A DNA stretch of 64,000 nt, from the NCBI RefSeq assembly GCF_964204645.1, contig NC_134030.1, positions 14,260,110 through 14,324,109 on the forward strand. The letters are read 5' to 3'. This DNA is from Tubulanus polymorphus. Taxonomy: Eukaryota > Animalia > Nemertea. Below are positions 14,901 through 27,741 of this stretch, in pieces (positions within the stretch are counted from its first letter, which is position 1; the number at the start of each line of letters is the position of its first letter). The translations under genes and the position numbers were made by a program. The notes below the pieces were generated by a model. That model saw nothing but the letters and a program-made list of their open reading frames with translations. It was not told the origin of the DNA and did no database searches.

Positions 14901-16883
14901 ATTATATTGCTCATTATAGAATGTTAAAATCTAAAACAAGGAATGAAATTAAAGAAAGTACATAGATATATTGAATTTAATCAATCGAAGTGGTTTGAAA
15001 AATATATAGATTTTAATACTCAACAGGGAACCATATCAAAAACAGATTTTGAAAAAGATTTCTTCAAATTAATGAATAATAGTTTTTATGGAAAAACATG
15101 TGAAAATATTATAAATAGAAATGATATTGAATCAGTAAATAATTCTGAACGATTAAGACATTTACAATCAAGTCTTAGACAATTAGGAAATAAAAGATTT
15201 GAAGATTATTTAACCGCGGTAAAATTAAAAAGAACGTCAATGAAATTTAATAAACCTATATTCATTGGTTCAACTGTTTTAGAAATATCAGAATTATTAA
15301 TGTATGATTTTTATTATAATGTTTTACAACCACTCTTTGGGGAAAAGCATATTGAAATATTGTATTTTGATTCTGTAACAGCTGATACCCCAATATTATA
15401 AAAATACAATAACCAAATATTAATTAGAAGAATTTCAGAAATAAATCCAAAACAAAATGAACTTTATATTTCGTATGGTGAAAAAGAATTAATACAAATA
15501 AATGGATTAATGGATGTTTGGACAAGAAATGGATGGAAAAAATTAAAGAATATAATTACACATAAAACAAATAAAAAGATTTATAGAGTTGGAACTAAAT
15601 TAGGGTTTGTAGATGTCACTGAAGACCATAGTTTAATTAAACAAAATGGTGATGAAATAAAACCAACTGATATAAAAATTAGAGATGAATTATTACATAA
15701 AAGATTTTTCCAAAGAATGAATCATATGTCATTTGATGAAATAATTGATAACATTTATAATATAGAACCCGACACATTTGAAGAAAAAGAATATTTTATG
15801 AAAGGTTTTTTTATGGGAGATGGTTCAGCAGGTGTGTATAATTATGTTTGGGGTAATAAATATTGTTGGTATTTATGCAATCAAGATTTGAAATTGTTAG
15901 AAAGAATAAAGAAATACTGTGAAGAAGTTTATTCACATAAAACATTTAGAATCATGGATGTTATGAAATCATCAGCAGTTTATAGAATACTCGTGAATAA
16001 CCCCAAAGATTTTGCTACAAAATATAATGATGAATTCCACATTCATGCAATAGTGAAAAGTAATACTTCAACCAAAGAAAAGATAGTTCCAGATTATGTA
16101 TTAAATACAAAATATAATTTTAGCAAATGGTTCTTCATTGGATTCTATGCTGCAGATGGCACTAAAAAATTTATAAAGTATAAAAAGATAACCTTTGCAC
16201 AAAAAGGAAAAGTTGCTATATCAGGATTAAATATATTATGCAATTCATTAGGTTTTAATATGAATATTGAAGATTGATTAAATCTAAACCAAATTGCTTT
16301 AATTTAAGCCATGTAGAAAATGAGTTAACAGAAGAAGTTAAAGATTTATTTGAAATATATAACCCATGAGATTACGTTTATGATTTATCAACTGAAGATG
16401 GAACATTTAACTGTGGATTTCCATTAAAAGCCAAAAATACGGACGCCTACATACTGAAAATCAAGACAAATGACATAACAAAAGACTTAAAAACATTAAA
16501 ACATCATTTTGACTTCAGCAATTATCCAAAAGATCATGAACTATGTAGCAATGATAATAAAACAATTCCTGGTAAATTTACAGATGAATTAGGGAGGATG
16601 AAATGATTGAATTTGTTGGGATAAGAAGTAAAATGTATAGTTATAGAACAAAAGATCATGAAGCTAAAAAGTTAAAAGGAATCACAAAGCATGTGGTTGA
16701 CAAACATATAGAATTTATATTATATTAAGTGTTTACTCAACTCAATAGTTATGAAACATAAAATGAATTGTTTAAGATCACGCGATGTACATTAATGAAG
16801 TTGAAAAAACTAGCTTCAATCCATTCGACGATAAGAGATATATTTTGGATGATGGAATAAAAACATTACCTTATGGCCATTAA
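11972..16883 (+). pseudogene. pPolB: Protein-primed family B DNA polymerase (pPolB), intein-containing, disrupted
   Basis: N-terminal C2H2-like fingers; INVQNEDNKCFLWS; ExoI VIYGDFES; EndoVII-like VRDHDH..YRGAAHEDCN; ExoII FHNLSGYD; ExoIII YLKSDV; motif B FFKLMNNSFYGKT; motif C YFD|TD split by intein; PGKFTDE, RSKMYS, KLKGI, FDDKRY..TLPYGH stop; many stops/frameshifts. Inclusion of the 5' finger region in the same gene is inferred. Confidence 0.93.
15372..16438 (+). mobile_element. Intein with LAGLIDADG homing endonuclease in pPolB motif C
   Basis: Block A SVTADTPIL right after YFD; block B VDVTEDHSL; LAGLIDADG motifs YFMKGFFMGDGS and WFFIGFYAADGT; block F DYVYDLSTEDGTFNCG; block G LKAKN followed by extein TDAY. 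Confidence 0.93.
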
Positions 16884-17111
16884 AAGAGAAAATCAAGATC
16901 ATCATACTCGAAATCACTACTGGTTTCTTCATTTTTATTTAATTGTTTAGGTTCTTCCATTTCATTTTTCTCATTTAAATAAAGTTCTATATTATTCCAC
17001 ATTATCATCTAGCTCTCTTTGTTTCTTTTTGTTCGTTAATTCATCAAATGGAATTATAATATCGATGTTTAAAAAATTTACAATCTTATTTAAACAGAAT
17101 TCATAATTAAT

Positions 17112-18163
17112 TTAATCTGTTATTTTATTATCCACATAATATTTTAATATGTTTGTGAATGTTTCTTTTATATTTTTCATATCTTTTTTTGTTAATTTAG
17201 GTTTTTCATAATAATCGTTTAATAATAAATATAAATACATTTTCTTATTTTTTGTGTCAAATATTAATGGAATAATTGTTTTTATAATATCTTTCTTAAT
17301 TATTTCACCATTTTTATTTTCTATTATTTTCATTTTTTCAATCCATTGCTTATATTCTGGTGTATGATCTTTCATAGAAAATATCTTAAAAATTTCATCT
17401 AGATATTTTAATGTTAATTCTATAAGAATATCTCTAGTTTTTCCATCACCCCATTAATTTCTTTGCCATCCACATTCATTACAAAATATCACAGAATCTT
17501 CTTGTCTTAAGTACTCATAAATACATTGCGGGCATTTTTTTATATCTTGGTAATAGATCTTCATTAAGTTCTTGGTATTTACTTACGTTTTCTTCATGTT
17601 TTATTGTTCTATTATGTAGATTTGAATTACTTGTTGTAATAATCAATTTACAATATTTACAATAATATGTTTTTCTTGCTAATTCATTATATTGTTTTTC
17701 TAACTTTTCAAGTGTTTCTTTATTATCTGGTAACGTTTTCTAATATTTTATTTTTTCTTTCATAAAATTCTGTTTCAAATTTACTAGAAATTTAATCTAT
17801 ATGTACTTTACGAAATTGACGATTCTCCCAATCTTCTATATTTTCGGGGCTATATTTTATTCGACAATACTGATCTTTTATATTATTCTTATCATAGAAT
17901 AAGAAAGGTCTTTTCCAAATAATTTCAGGTTCAGTTTCAAAAGAATTACTATCAATTTCGTTACTATCAACATTAACCATTGAATCATTAATTTTACACT
18001 TCTCTGAATGTTTTTTAACATAATTTCTTGAGAATAATTTATTACAATTTGGGCAGTTTATTTTAGGGGGTTTATAATTTTCATCATGTTTTTTCATATG
18101 TCGAGCCATATTACTTTTTCTTTGAAGTTCACCAGAAATTTCACATGGTATCTTCTCATCCAT
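17112..18163 (-). pseudogene. Polinton zinc-finger hypothetical protein(s), fragmented
   Basis: ORFs 17792-18163 (CPNCNKLFSRNYVKKHSEKC) and 17112-17375; further YYCNICK and CPQC motifs between them; ATAAATG start. Confidence 0.6.
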
Positions 18164-18229
18164 TTATTTAGGAAAAATTTTATTAGAATTAATTTTTAGT
18201 GATGCGAAGTATTTTTTGCGTTATGAATA

Positions 18230-18988
18230 ATGGGTGAATTAAAAGAATATAGAAAATTTGTTGATTCAAGAAGACTTAAAAATTATAAATCTCATAATTT
18301 ACTTGTACAATTAGATAGAGAATTTAAAAATTGTGTAGATTTAAAATTAGTAAATATTAGTTTATGTAGTTCTTTTTATAATATAACTGATAAATCTATT
18401 GATCATAGAGGTTTTGCAGTTATTAATAAGACTAAAAATAAATGGTATCCCCTTTATTTAAAACCAGGGTTATATAATTTAGATACATTATCACAAGAAA
18501 TTAATAGAAAAGACTGGCACAAATTAGGTAGTGATTCCGAATTTAACATTAGATTTTTAAAAAGTGATAGTTCTTATAAAATAAAGATAAGGTTAACTCA
18601 TGGTGAAAAATATAAATTTTTAGTTAAAAAACCTATAGCTAAACTGTTAGGAATTACACCAGATAAACTTTATTCAAATGTTGATGCTACACCAAACTTA
18701 ATACCTTACACACATTTCTATATTTATTGTTATTTAATTGATCCTACAAACACATTCGAAGCAACTAAAGAAACAACTTGTAATTCCAGTATAATAAATA
18801 TTTTACCATTGAAAAATGTTAAACTATTTGGAACACAAATAAATTATAATTTAGCTGAATGTGATTTCAAACCTTGTATTTCACGATTTAATGATTTCAA
18901 ATTAGAAATTAGAAATCAAAATGGATACTTAATTGATTTGAATAACTTTCCTGTGATATATGAATTAGTTATAAGATGTAAAGAATAA
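18230..18988 (+). CDS. Minor capsid protein (penton-like single jelly roll), 252 aa
   Basis: Polinton mCP-like pattern: SFYNI, LKPGLYNL, AKLLGI, FYIYCYLI, IINILP, LEIRNQNGYLIDLNNFPVIYELVI; intact ORF. Confidence 0.7.
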   Translation: MGELKEYRKFVDSRRLKNYKSHNLLVQLDREFKNCVDLKLVNISLCSSFYNITDKSIDHRGFAVINKTKNKWYPLYLKPGLYNLDTLSQEINRKDWHKLGSDSEFNIRFLKSDSSYKIKIRLTHGEKYKFLVKKPIAKLLGITPDKLYSNVDATPNLIPYTHFYIYCYLIDPTNTFEATKETTCNSSIINILPLKNVKLFGTQINYNLAECDFKPCISRFNDFKLEIRNQNGYLIDLNNFPVIYELVIRCKE

Positions 18989-19004
18989 TTTTTTCACTAT
19001 ATAA

Positions 19005-19340
19005 ATGAATATAAAAGTAGGACCGAGTATATGTTTTGGATTTGATTTTAAACGTGAGAAAGAAATGAAATTTAACATTAATGATGTAATAACACATATC
19101 AAAAATATTGCATTTTCTAATGAAACAACATTCGAGTATGAAACAACAATAAATAAAGAAACTTTTAATGTAGAAAAGATAACTGATTTAATTAGAGGGT
19201 TATTAACATTTTATGAATTAGATGAAGATTAAATTATTGATGATATTAAACAAATAACAACTGAAATATATAAAAATGAAACTAATAATATTATCAATGT
19301 TGAAATAATTATAACTAAGTTAACTAAATATTTTGAAGAT
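19005..19340 (+). pseudogene. Polinton hypothetical protein, probably frameshifted after 19232
   Basis: ORF 19005-19232 with ATAAATG start; coding-like sequence continues to the next gene. Confidence 0.5.
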
Positions 19341-19361
19341 AGTAATTTTTTTTATTAATAA

Positions 19362-19589
19362 ATGAGTGATAATAAGTGGATACTAACTGGATTATATAAT
19401 GGTGCCTTACTATCAGTTGGAACTGTTGGTTATTCAATGGTATTAAAAAAGTATTTAAAATGGGAAGTGTTAATGTTGATAGATTTATATAAATGATATT
19501 TTGAAATTAACATGAGCAGTAACTTTATCTAATTTAACAATTGATTTTTTGGAAAAACAAAAATATATTCCTCCCATATAAATGCATAA
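19362..19589 (+). pseudogene. Small hydrophobic Polinton protein, frameshifted
   Basis: ATAAATG start; MSDNKWILTGLYNGALLSVGTVGYSMVLKK; not in ORF track because of disruption. Confidence 0.55.
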
Positions 19590-19605
19590 TTTTTTTGCTA
19601 AATAA

Positions 19606-20022
19606 ATGGCTTCTGCAGTTATAACTATTATAGGATCGGCAATTGTTAACGCGTTAGCATTTACTGGTGGTGGATATTTATTTAAACATATTGATAAAAA
19701 TAGTTCATTAGGAGAACAAAGAAGAGATAATTTAGCGTTAGAGAAATATAATAAAGCTGCAGAAGAATATAGAGAAAAGAGGCAAAACTATATGGATTAC
19801 ATCAATAAAGAATTATATAATCAGAAAATTACACATAGAGATTTCCAATCAGTCGATGAAGCTATGAGTTTATATAACGCAGTAACAAATCGTGAAAAAT
19901 TACATCTATATAAACCTAAATTGTCAGATTATTATACACGAAGTAAAGAACAACAGAAATATGAAATGATTTGGATTTTAGGTGGAACAGTTATTGTATT
20001 ATTTGTTGCATATATTTACTAA
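19606..20022 (+). CDS. Polinton hypothetical membrane protein, 138 aa
   Basis: Hydrophobic N-terminus (IIGSAIVNALAFTGGGYLF), coiled-coil middle, C-terminal TM; ATAAATG start. Confidence 0.75.
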   Translation: MASAVITIIGSAIVNALAFTGGGYLFKHIDKNSSLGEQRRDNLALEKYNKAAEEYREKRQNYMDYINKELYNQKITHRDFQSVDEAMSLYNAVTNREKLHLYKPKLSDYYTRSKEQQKYEMIWILGGTVIVLFVAYIY

Positions 20023-20045
20023 TTAGTAATTTCTTTTCTAAATAA

Positions 20046-20490
20046 ATGGTTGATGAAGTTGATAATATTGATATTATTCCTCATGATATAAATAAAACTA
20101 AATTAAAATTATATTTGGAAAAACAAATATTAGAATTTGAAAATGATTTTAAAGTTAAAAAGAAAAAATATTTAAAAAGTAAAATTATATACTATTTTAT
20201 TATAAGTAGTTCAGTTACAATTAGTCCTGTAATAACATTTCTAGCATTATTCTCACCATTCACACCTTTGGCTATCTCAATTGGAACTTTAGGTTTAAGT
20301 TCAAGTGTATTAACCGGCAGAAGTTCAAAATTAAATATAAAAAGTAAAAAGTCTAAGTTAAAGAAAAAATAAAATCTTATATAAAAGAAATTAATGAATT
20401 AAAAAATACCTTTGGTATATAATAAGTTTAAATGGTAATATAACAGTTGAAGAACAAGATGAATTATTAAAAGAATTAGTAAATTATTAA
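20046..20490 (+). pseudogene. Polinton two-TM hypothetical protein, frameshifted near 20372
   Basis: ORF 20046-20372 with two adjacent hydrophobic helices; ATAAATG start. Confidence 0.6.
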
Positions 20491-20509
20491 TTTTTTTATT
20501 ATATAAAAA

Positions 20510-21959
20510 ATGGTAGATAGTTTTCCAAAAGCTTTCCAATACAATAAATCAATTAAATATAATATTCCAGCAATAAATTTTAGTAAAGATATTTCATATA
20601 GAAATGAAGTTTTAAATTCATTAATTGATTTAGATATTTATGTTACTAAAACTAATAATTTTAATGCAAAGATGGAAAATATATTTCATGTATATTTAAT
20701 TAATTTAAAAAAGATGAAAGATGAAAAACAATGGTTAATAAAATCTAATATGAAGTATTGGCAGAACCAATTACTTTTTGCATTTTATTATGCAACAACA
20801 GGATGTGGAATAAGTTGGAATGATCATTTGAACAATTCTAAATATAAATTAATTCAGAGTTTATTTAGATTCCATACTTATTTTCAAATAAGATTAGTAT
20901 TAAATGAATTAGAGACTCCTTTGCCAGGATCTAGATATTTTAAAGAATTAGATAATAATATTAACTCATCAAAGTTTTATAAAAATTTGTATTGAATTTA
21001 ATATAGATATAAATCATTCTGATTTTAGAACAAAAATTGGAACAATAAGATCACTTCCTTGCCCTAAAAATGTTGCAGCATATTGTAGACTTCCCATACC
21101 ATCTAATATTTTTTATAATATCTATAATCATAAATTAGGTTATGTTTAAATAGAAACTAGGGATTTAGAAACAATAAATTTCAATCAATTACCGAAATTC
21201 TATGATAATTTAAAACAAGAAAACAATAATGGTTGGGTTTATTTCATTTTAGAAAATAGTGAAGGTTTTATTAAATCGGATATGAAAAGAATAAATCAAT
21301 CAATTAGAACTTATTTGATATGTATCCTAGGTGCTCAAGTTGAAACAAGATCCCCGATAATTGGAAATTTAAATACATCATTTGATACACAAAAACAATT
21401 TAAAGTTTTATTTGAAGATTCCATTCATAATGATGAAAATAGTTCGGTTCCAGAAAACATAGTTAGGTACCAAAATTATATAGATAAATCTCATGTAAGA
21501 CTAAATTATTGTATAGGTCCTCATTTATTAATTATTTCCGATGATTTAATATTAAAAATGGGAAATATGATTGGTTATAATAATTTGATTAAAACTGCAA
21601 CAATAAATAATAAGTTTGGATTAAATGATATAAATAAAAAGATTATTACTACTCCAAAACTAATTAAAGGTGAAAAAATTAAAAAACATATTCAATCAAC
21701 AGAAACTAAAACTAAAAATAATAAATTAAATAATTATTCTAAAATAAAAGATTACAATACATCAGAAAATATAAAAACTGATATTATCCAACATGATGTG
21801 ATTAAAACTAATAATGATAATAAATCCCATGAAAATACTAAATTAGCTATAACTTGTATAGAAATTGTAATAGGAGGAATATTATATTTTAAATTTTTTA
21901 ATTATATAAATGGATGTAGAAGTGGGAGAAGATGGATCCTTTTGATGAACCTGGTATAA
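20510..21959 (+). pseudogene. Polinton conserved hypothetical protein with C-terminal TM, split
   Basis: ORFs 20510-20995 (WQNQLLFAFYYATTGCGISW..FRFHTYFQIR) and 21282-21959 (IRTYLICILGAQVETR). Confidence 0.65.
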
Positions 21960-23350
21960 CTGAAGAACAACCACCTGATTTTGATGAAAGAAGTTTTAAT
22001 GACGGTAATGAGCCAGAATATAATAATAAATTTGCAGATAGTGGTTTTAATGATAATATAATAACAACAGGCGATTTTGATAGAAGAGCTGGACGGAGAA
22101 TAAATATTGAAAATGAAAATCCAGATTTAGTAAGACAGAATTTAGAATATAATGAATATAAATAATTTTAAACCTATATTTGAAAAATCTGGATATAATA
22201 TAAATGATAGCGGTGCCAGTTATTAAGTACAAGAATTAAAATCTTTAGATGGTGAATATTACTATCATTTGAAAGATGATTATTATATTAATATCACTTA
22301 TAAAAATCAAAATAAAATATTAGCAGAATCAACTTTGAGTAATTTTGAACCATCTACAATTAAAAGAATAAGTAATAGTAATGAAATAGAAAATGTTACA
22401 CAAGAAGAAATAAATCAAAATAAAAGAATATTTAAACAAAGAATTAATGACATCGAAACAATCAATAATAATTTAGAAACAGAAACAACTTCTGAACAGA
22501 ATATAACTTCCAAAACTAGTAAAATTAAATCAAATAAAGTTCCAATTGAAAACTTTTACCGAATGGGTTACTAGATGCAACAGATCAAGAATTAGAAGGA
22601 TTAGATATATTTTCTGGTAAAACAATTAGAGAAATTATTAGTATAAGACTTGCATCTGATAAAAATGCGCACGATAAAAGTATAAGAGATTTTAAAATTA
22701 GAACTTTAGAAAAAGATAGAACTGATAAAATAAAAGAAATAAAACAATTAAAATTAGATAGAGATAATACAGTTATTAAAGAAATCAAATTTAAAAAAAG
22801 AAATGCATATTTAGAAAAAGAAAAAGATGATTTAGAATATAACATAGAATTTCAGAAAGAAGAAATTGAATTATTAAAAAAATCATATGATTATAATATT
22901 AATTGATTAAAAGTTATTTTTAAAGATTTGTTGATAAAACCAAAATCTGAAATATCATTAAACGATAGAATAAGATTATTATTTAAGTTAGAAGGTATAA
23001 ACATTCTTTCAATTCTAACAGCTGTTACTATGTTATTTACAACAATTGGTTTAGCAATATCAAATTCTTTGAAATCTACTCCTACTCCCAATAAACCGGA
23101 TAAACCCCCGAATGATAATTCTATACAAGATAAAGTTAAAGATGGTTTAAAGAAATTAGCAAAATATTTATGGGAACTATCTAAAAAATCTGCTGCAGCT
23201 TTACCCGGAATTATTGCAACAATTGTTGGTTTTGTTTTAAAATCTGTGGGGAATATTCTTAACTTTGCTGCTGAACATATTATCTTATTTTTAATTACAG
23301 TTGTAAGTGCTATTATTTTTGGGTTAGTGAATATGATCAAAAATAAATGA
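21910..23350 (+). pseudogene. Long acidic/coiled-coil Polinton protein with C-terminal TM helices, fragmented
   Basis: ATAAATG at 21910; fragments 21932-22165, 22269-22574, 22928-23350 (three hydrophobic segments, Pro-rich linker). Confidence 0.6.
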
Positions 23351-23370
23351 TTAATTTTTTTGTTAAATAA

Positions 23371-24625
23371 ATGAGTGGGAGTTATATAAATCCTTCTAAG
23401 AATTCTAGAATATCTAATGCTATTAAAGCGGAGAGATCTCATATCATTACTCATAACCCTTCTAATATTAATCCTGATGAAACTTTATATGTTAGAATCC
23501 CGAGATTAAATCAAAATACTTTTTATGTTCCAAATAGTATTTATTTATCAGCTGATATAAAAGTAACTGGTCATGATAACAATTATGTTGTCGATAATGT
23601 TGGAAGATATTTGATTGAAGAATTAACTATAAAGATTGGACCAGAAACAGTTTTATCATTAGATGATTATAATTTATTTATGCATTATAAAGATTTATGG
23701 TTAGCAAAAGAAAATAGAAATAATATGATATTTCAAGGCATCCAATCAGAATACCAAAATAGATTAAGATCAGAAGCTAATGATGCAGTAGTAGATAATT
23801 TACAGATTTAGTACAGATAATTTGATAAAAAAGATTTATGGAAGCAAATATCAAATTCCATTAGAGTTTGAATTGATAGATAATAATGCACCTTTGTATA
23901 AATACGCAATTCAAGAAGATATTACATTCGAAATAACATTTGCTCCTGTTAATGAAATTGTGCTATCTAACGTTGTTAAAGATATGGGTTATAAATTATC
24001 GAATATATGTTTAGAATATGATACAGTAACTGATGAAAATATTTCAAGCATAATTCAAACTCAATACAATCAAGGATTTTCATTATTATATGATTATATT
24101 GATAAATTTAAAACTGTAACTATTAATGCAAATGATGAAATAATTAATGAGAATATTAACTTCCCAAGAAGATCTATTAAAAGTATGTTAATATTTTTTA
24201 CCATTGCAACATATTGTAATGGTGCAATAAATGATGATAATTATTATAATCCTGAAATATCAAAGGTAGAAATAACTATTGAAGGTATAGCTAATAAATT
24301 ATTTTGCCAAGGAATGAGAATGATTGATCAATGGCCAGATATTAGAAAACATTTTATGAATGAAAAAGTAAAATCATCTGAAAATTGTAATATTAATCAA
24401 AATGATTATTATACCGGCAATAAATATGCACTATGGTTAGATTTTAGAATAACAGAGGATAATTCATTACATGGTTCTGGGAAAAAACGACATAATACAA
24501 AAGATGGAATACAATTATTCATGAAAAAGAAAAAAGGAATCAAAGATTTCAAAATGCAGATTTATATTATATCTGACGCCCGATTAAATTTTATAAATTT
24601 TCAATTCGATAGTATTCAATATTAG
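23371..24625 (+). pseudogene. Major capsid protein (double jelly roll), one frameshift near 23810
   Basis: ITHNPSNINPDETLYVRIP..NVGRYLIEELTIKI..YKDLW, then NICLEYD, INENINFPRRSIK, YYNPEISKVEITIEG, ALWLDFR; ~415 aa combined; position next to integrase and ATPase. Confidence 0.72.
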
Positions 24626-24655
24626 AAATATAAAGTTCAAATTAACGATATATAA

Positions 24656-25766
24656 ATGGGGGATAAAAAAAACTCGAAATACTGAAGAACAATATCTAAG
24701 AAATTTATATTATAATCCTGAGAGTTCGGTTGCTTATTCTTCTGTAAAAAAACATATGGAGTCAAGTCAAACACGATCACAACAATTAGATAAGATAATC
24801 CCACAAAATTGAGTTAAATATAAAGATATAAATGAATTTATGTTAGAACAACCAACATATACAACACATAAAAAAATTGTTAGAAAATATAAAACTCGTA
24901 AAACAATGGTACGTTATGTAGATCAACAGTGGCAACGAGATTTAATTGATATGAAAAATGTTAAGAAAGATAATGATGATTATTGGTGGATATTAAATAT
25001 AATTGATATTTTTAGTCGTTATGTATGGAGCTTCCCACTTTACAGAAAAGATGCTGTACAAACATCAAATGTTTTAAGAAAATTTCTTTCGGATGATAAA
25101 CTAAAACCAGAAAAAATACAATTTGATGATGGAAAAGAATTTGATAATTCACTTGTTCATGAACTCTTAGATAATCATAATATTAAATATTTTTCAACAT
25201 AATCGGATAAAAAAGCAGCAGTTGTTGAACGATTTAATAGAACATTGAGAACAAGAATGTGGAAATATTTTACAGCAAATAATACTTGAATGGATTGATG
25301 TTTTACCAAAATTGAAAAAAGGTTATAATAATTCTTATCATTCTTCTATTGGAATGAAACCTATTGGTGCTAGAAAATCTGAAAATGCTGAAATTGTTTG
25401 GATTAATTTATATTGAGCATTTCTTGTTTTGGTGAACCTAAATTTAAAGTAGGTAAAAATGTTAGAATTTATAAGTATAAAAAGATATTTGACAAAGGAT
25501 ACGATCGAAATTTTACTAGTGAAATATATAAAATAAAAAAGGTAATAATAACAAAACCATGTGTCTAAAATTAGAAGATTTAGATGGTGAAGAAGTTGAT
25601 GGATATTTTTATGAAGAAGAATTAAGTTTAAACTACTGAAAATCTAGAACAAGAATATAAAATTGAAAAAGTATTAAAAACAAAAACTGTTAATAGAAAA
25701 AAATATTCTTTAGTAAAATGGGTTGGATGGCCAGATAAATTCAATGAATGGATAATTATCGAGTAA
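24656..25766 (+). pseudogene. Retroviral-like (RVE) integrase with C-terminal chromodomain
   Basis: YYNP, QWQRDLIDM, IDIFSRY, IQFDDGKEF, VVERFNRTL, YNNSYHSSIGMKP, FKVG, FYEEEL, YKIEKVL..LVKWVGWPDKFNEWI; stops and frameshifts. Confidence 0.92.
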
Positions 25767-25782
25767 AATTAAAACTATATAA

Positions 25783-26408
25783 ATGAATAAGGAATTATTT
25801 ATATTTGAGCCTCATAATATGTTAATTTCTGGTGTAACAAATTGTGGAAAAACTAATTTTATATTGAATTTATTAGAAACTATCTATAAAAACTATTTTG
25901 ATAATATAGTATTATTTTGTCCAACATATGAATTTAATCAAACTTATGATAGAAATATAACTAGAAATAATAAATTTATTGTATCAAATCCTAAACAGTA
26001 AAAGAAAATTTAGATAATTGTATTAAAATAGCAATTGATATTTATAAAGGATCAAATACATTATTCATTATAGATGATTGTGCAAATTTACATGATTCAA
26101 AAATTAGAGATAGTGAATTATGTTATTTAGCGTTCTCTGGATGACATTTTGGGATAACAACTTGGGTTTTAAATCAAAAATATAAATGAATTGTTAAAGA
26201 TTTTAGGGAGAATATTAGATTTTTAGTATTATTCTACAATAAAGATAGGAAATCGATGAAAAATGCGCTTGAGGAAAATGATATTATTCCACATGATTTA
26301 CACAATGAATATATGGATAAATTAAAAAATAATAAAAGATCAAAATTAATATTTCGATTACAACGCCCATTTAAATATGAATTTGTTTTAACTCAACTAG
26401 CTTGTTAA
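25783..26408 (+). pseudogene. Genome packaging ATPase (A32/FtsK-like)
   Basis: Walker A ISGVTNCGKT, Walker B LFIIDD, SG*HFGITTWVLNQKY (Arg of GRH mutated to stop); frameshift near 26000. Confidence 0.9.
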
Positions 26409-26708
26409 TCCAGTATATTTTAGTCACATTCTAGTTAAATTTTAGTTATTGGCATTTCAAACAAAAAAAAATAAATAAAAACAACAATATTTTAACTAGC
26501 CTGTTAATCTAGTATATTTGTAGTTACATTCTAGTTGAATTCTAGTTATTGGTAATTTAAACAAAAATCAAATAAAATTCAACAAAAAATAAATAAAAAC
26601 AACAATATTTCAACTAGCTTGTTAATCTAGTATATTTTTAGTTACATTCTAGTTAAATTCTAGTTGAATTCTAGTTGCAACAACAAAACTAATTTGTTGC
26701 TTATATAA

Positions 26709-27315
26709 ATGGGAGGTGAAAAGAAAATAAAATCTAAAAATAGTGATGTTCCAATTGAAAAAACTTTGGATGATTTAGGTATAACAGAAACAAAATTAGC
26801 GTCAGATAATAATGGTGCTTTAAATGATATTACTACAAACAATAATTATGAATATTATCTTTATTGCAAACATCAATTAGAAATATTAATAGCAACTGGG
26901 AAATGTAAAAGTTTATTAGTAAATATTAAACTTATAATGAATTAGATACAATGAAATCAGATGAAATTATTAAATTATTTAAGATTTATGAAACTGCGAG
27001 AATAGCTAGAATTAATGATGCGATATCAGAAAATGTAGTAAAAGGTCATAGTAAATTATGTAATTATGTGCTGCCAATTCAAGATGAAAATAGATTATAT
27101 TCCGATTTAAAAATGATTATTTAGTTATGACCGAATTAAATAAATGGATAGGATATTTATCATTTCAATTAGGTGGATTTATGACGCTATTATCAACTGG
27201 AGTTATAACATTTTCAAATATCGAAAGTAAGAATTTTTCCACAATAAATGAGCGAAGTGGAAGAGGTGAAAGAATTAACTGTGAAGAAAAAACCGAGAAC
27301 TCAGAAACAAATTGA
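26709..27315 (+). pseudogene. Frameshifted copy of hypothetical protein 10857-11471
   Basis: ORFs 26709-26945 and 27127-27315 match the left copy. Confidence 0.8.
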
Positions 27316-27590
27316 ATGGTCTCGGCAATTAGGAATTAAATCACAGCAATATAAAAGCTGTAAAAGAAAAAATAAGTAATAAAAATGTTAATGAAAATGG
27401 TGAAAATATTGTTATTTCTACTCCTTCTAATAATAGAATATTTGATAAATATCTACATTTTGCAACTGGATTTGTAATTGTATTCATTTTGATTGGGTGT
27501 AGTTGGTATAAGAAATCAAATAAAATTTATGATATTGATAATTCTGAAACTACTAAAACTACCAAAATTCACAATAAAAAAATGGATTAA
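27248..27590 (+). pseudogene. Small basic Polinton protein with TM segment, frameshifted (inverse copy ~10577-10924)
   Basis: ATAAATG start; MSEVEEVKELTVKKKPRTQKQIEWSRQLGIKS..KYLHFATGFVIVFILIG. Confidence 0.55.
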
Positions 27591-27741
27591 TATTTTAGAA
27601 AAAAAGCAAAAAAAATAATTTCATTTTCAATTAATTAAATATCTCACTACTTTTGTCTATCTATGCGGAGCAATTAAATTATCCAGTGAGTCATTTCGGA
27701 TTCTTAATATTTAATTAATTTTATTATCAATTTATTTTTTT

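Noticed and set aside
15372-16438. Alternative reading as a group I intron, free homing endonuclease or Hedgehog-type Hint domain
   Set aside because: The insert begins in frame with Ser, ends Asn before Thr, has both splicing halves around the endonuclease and sits at a known intein site
22047-23454. Minus-strand ORFs 22047-22232, 22585-22845, 22891-23454
   Set aside because: Antisense shadows of the plus-strand Polinton genes
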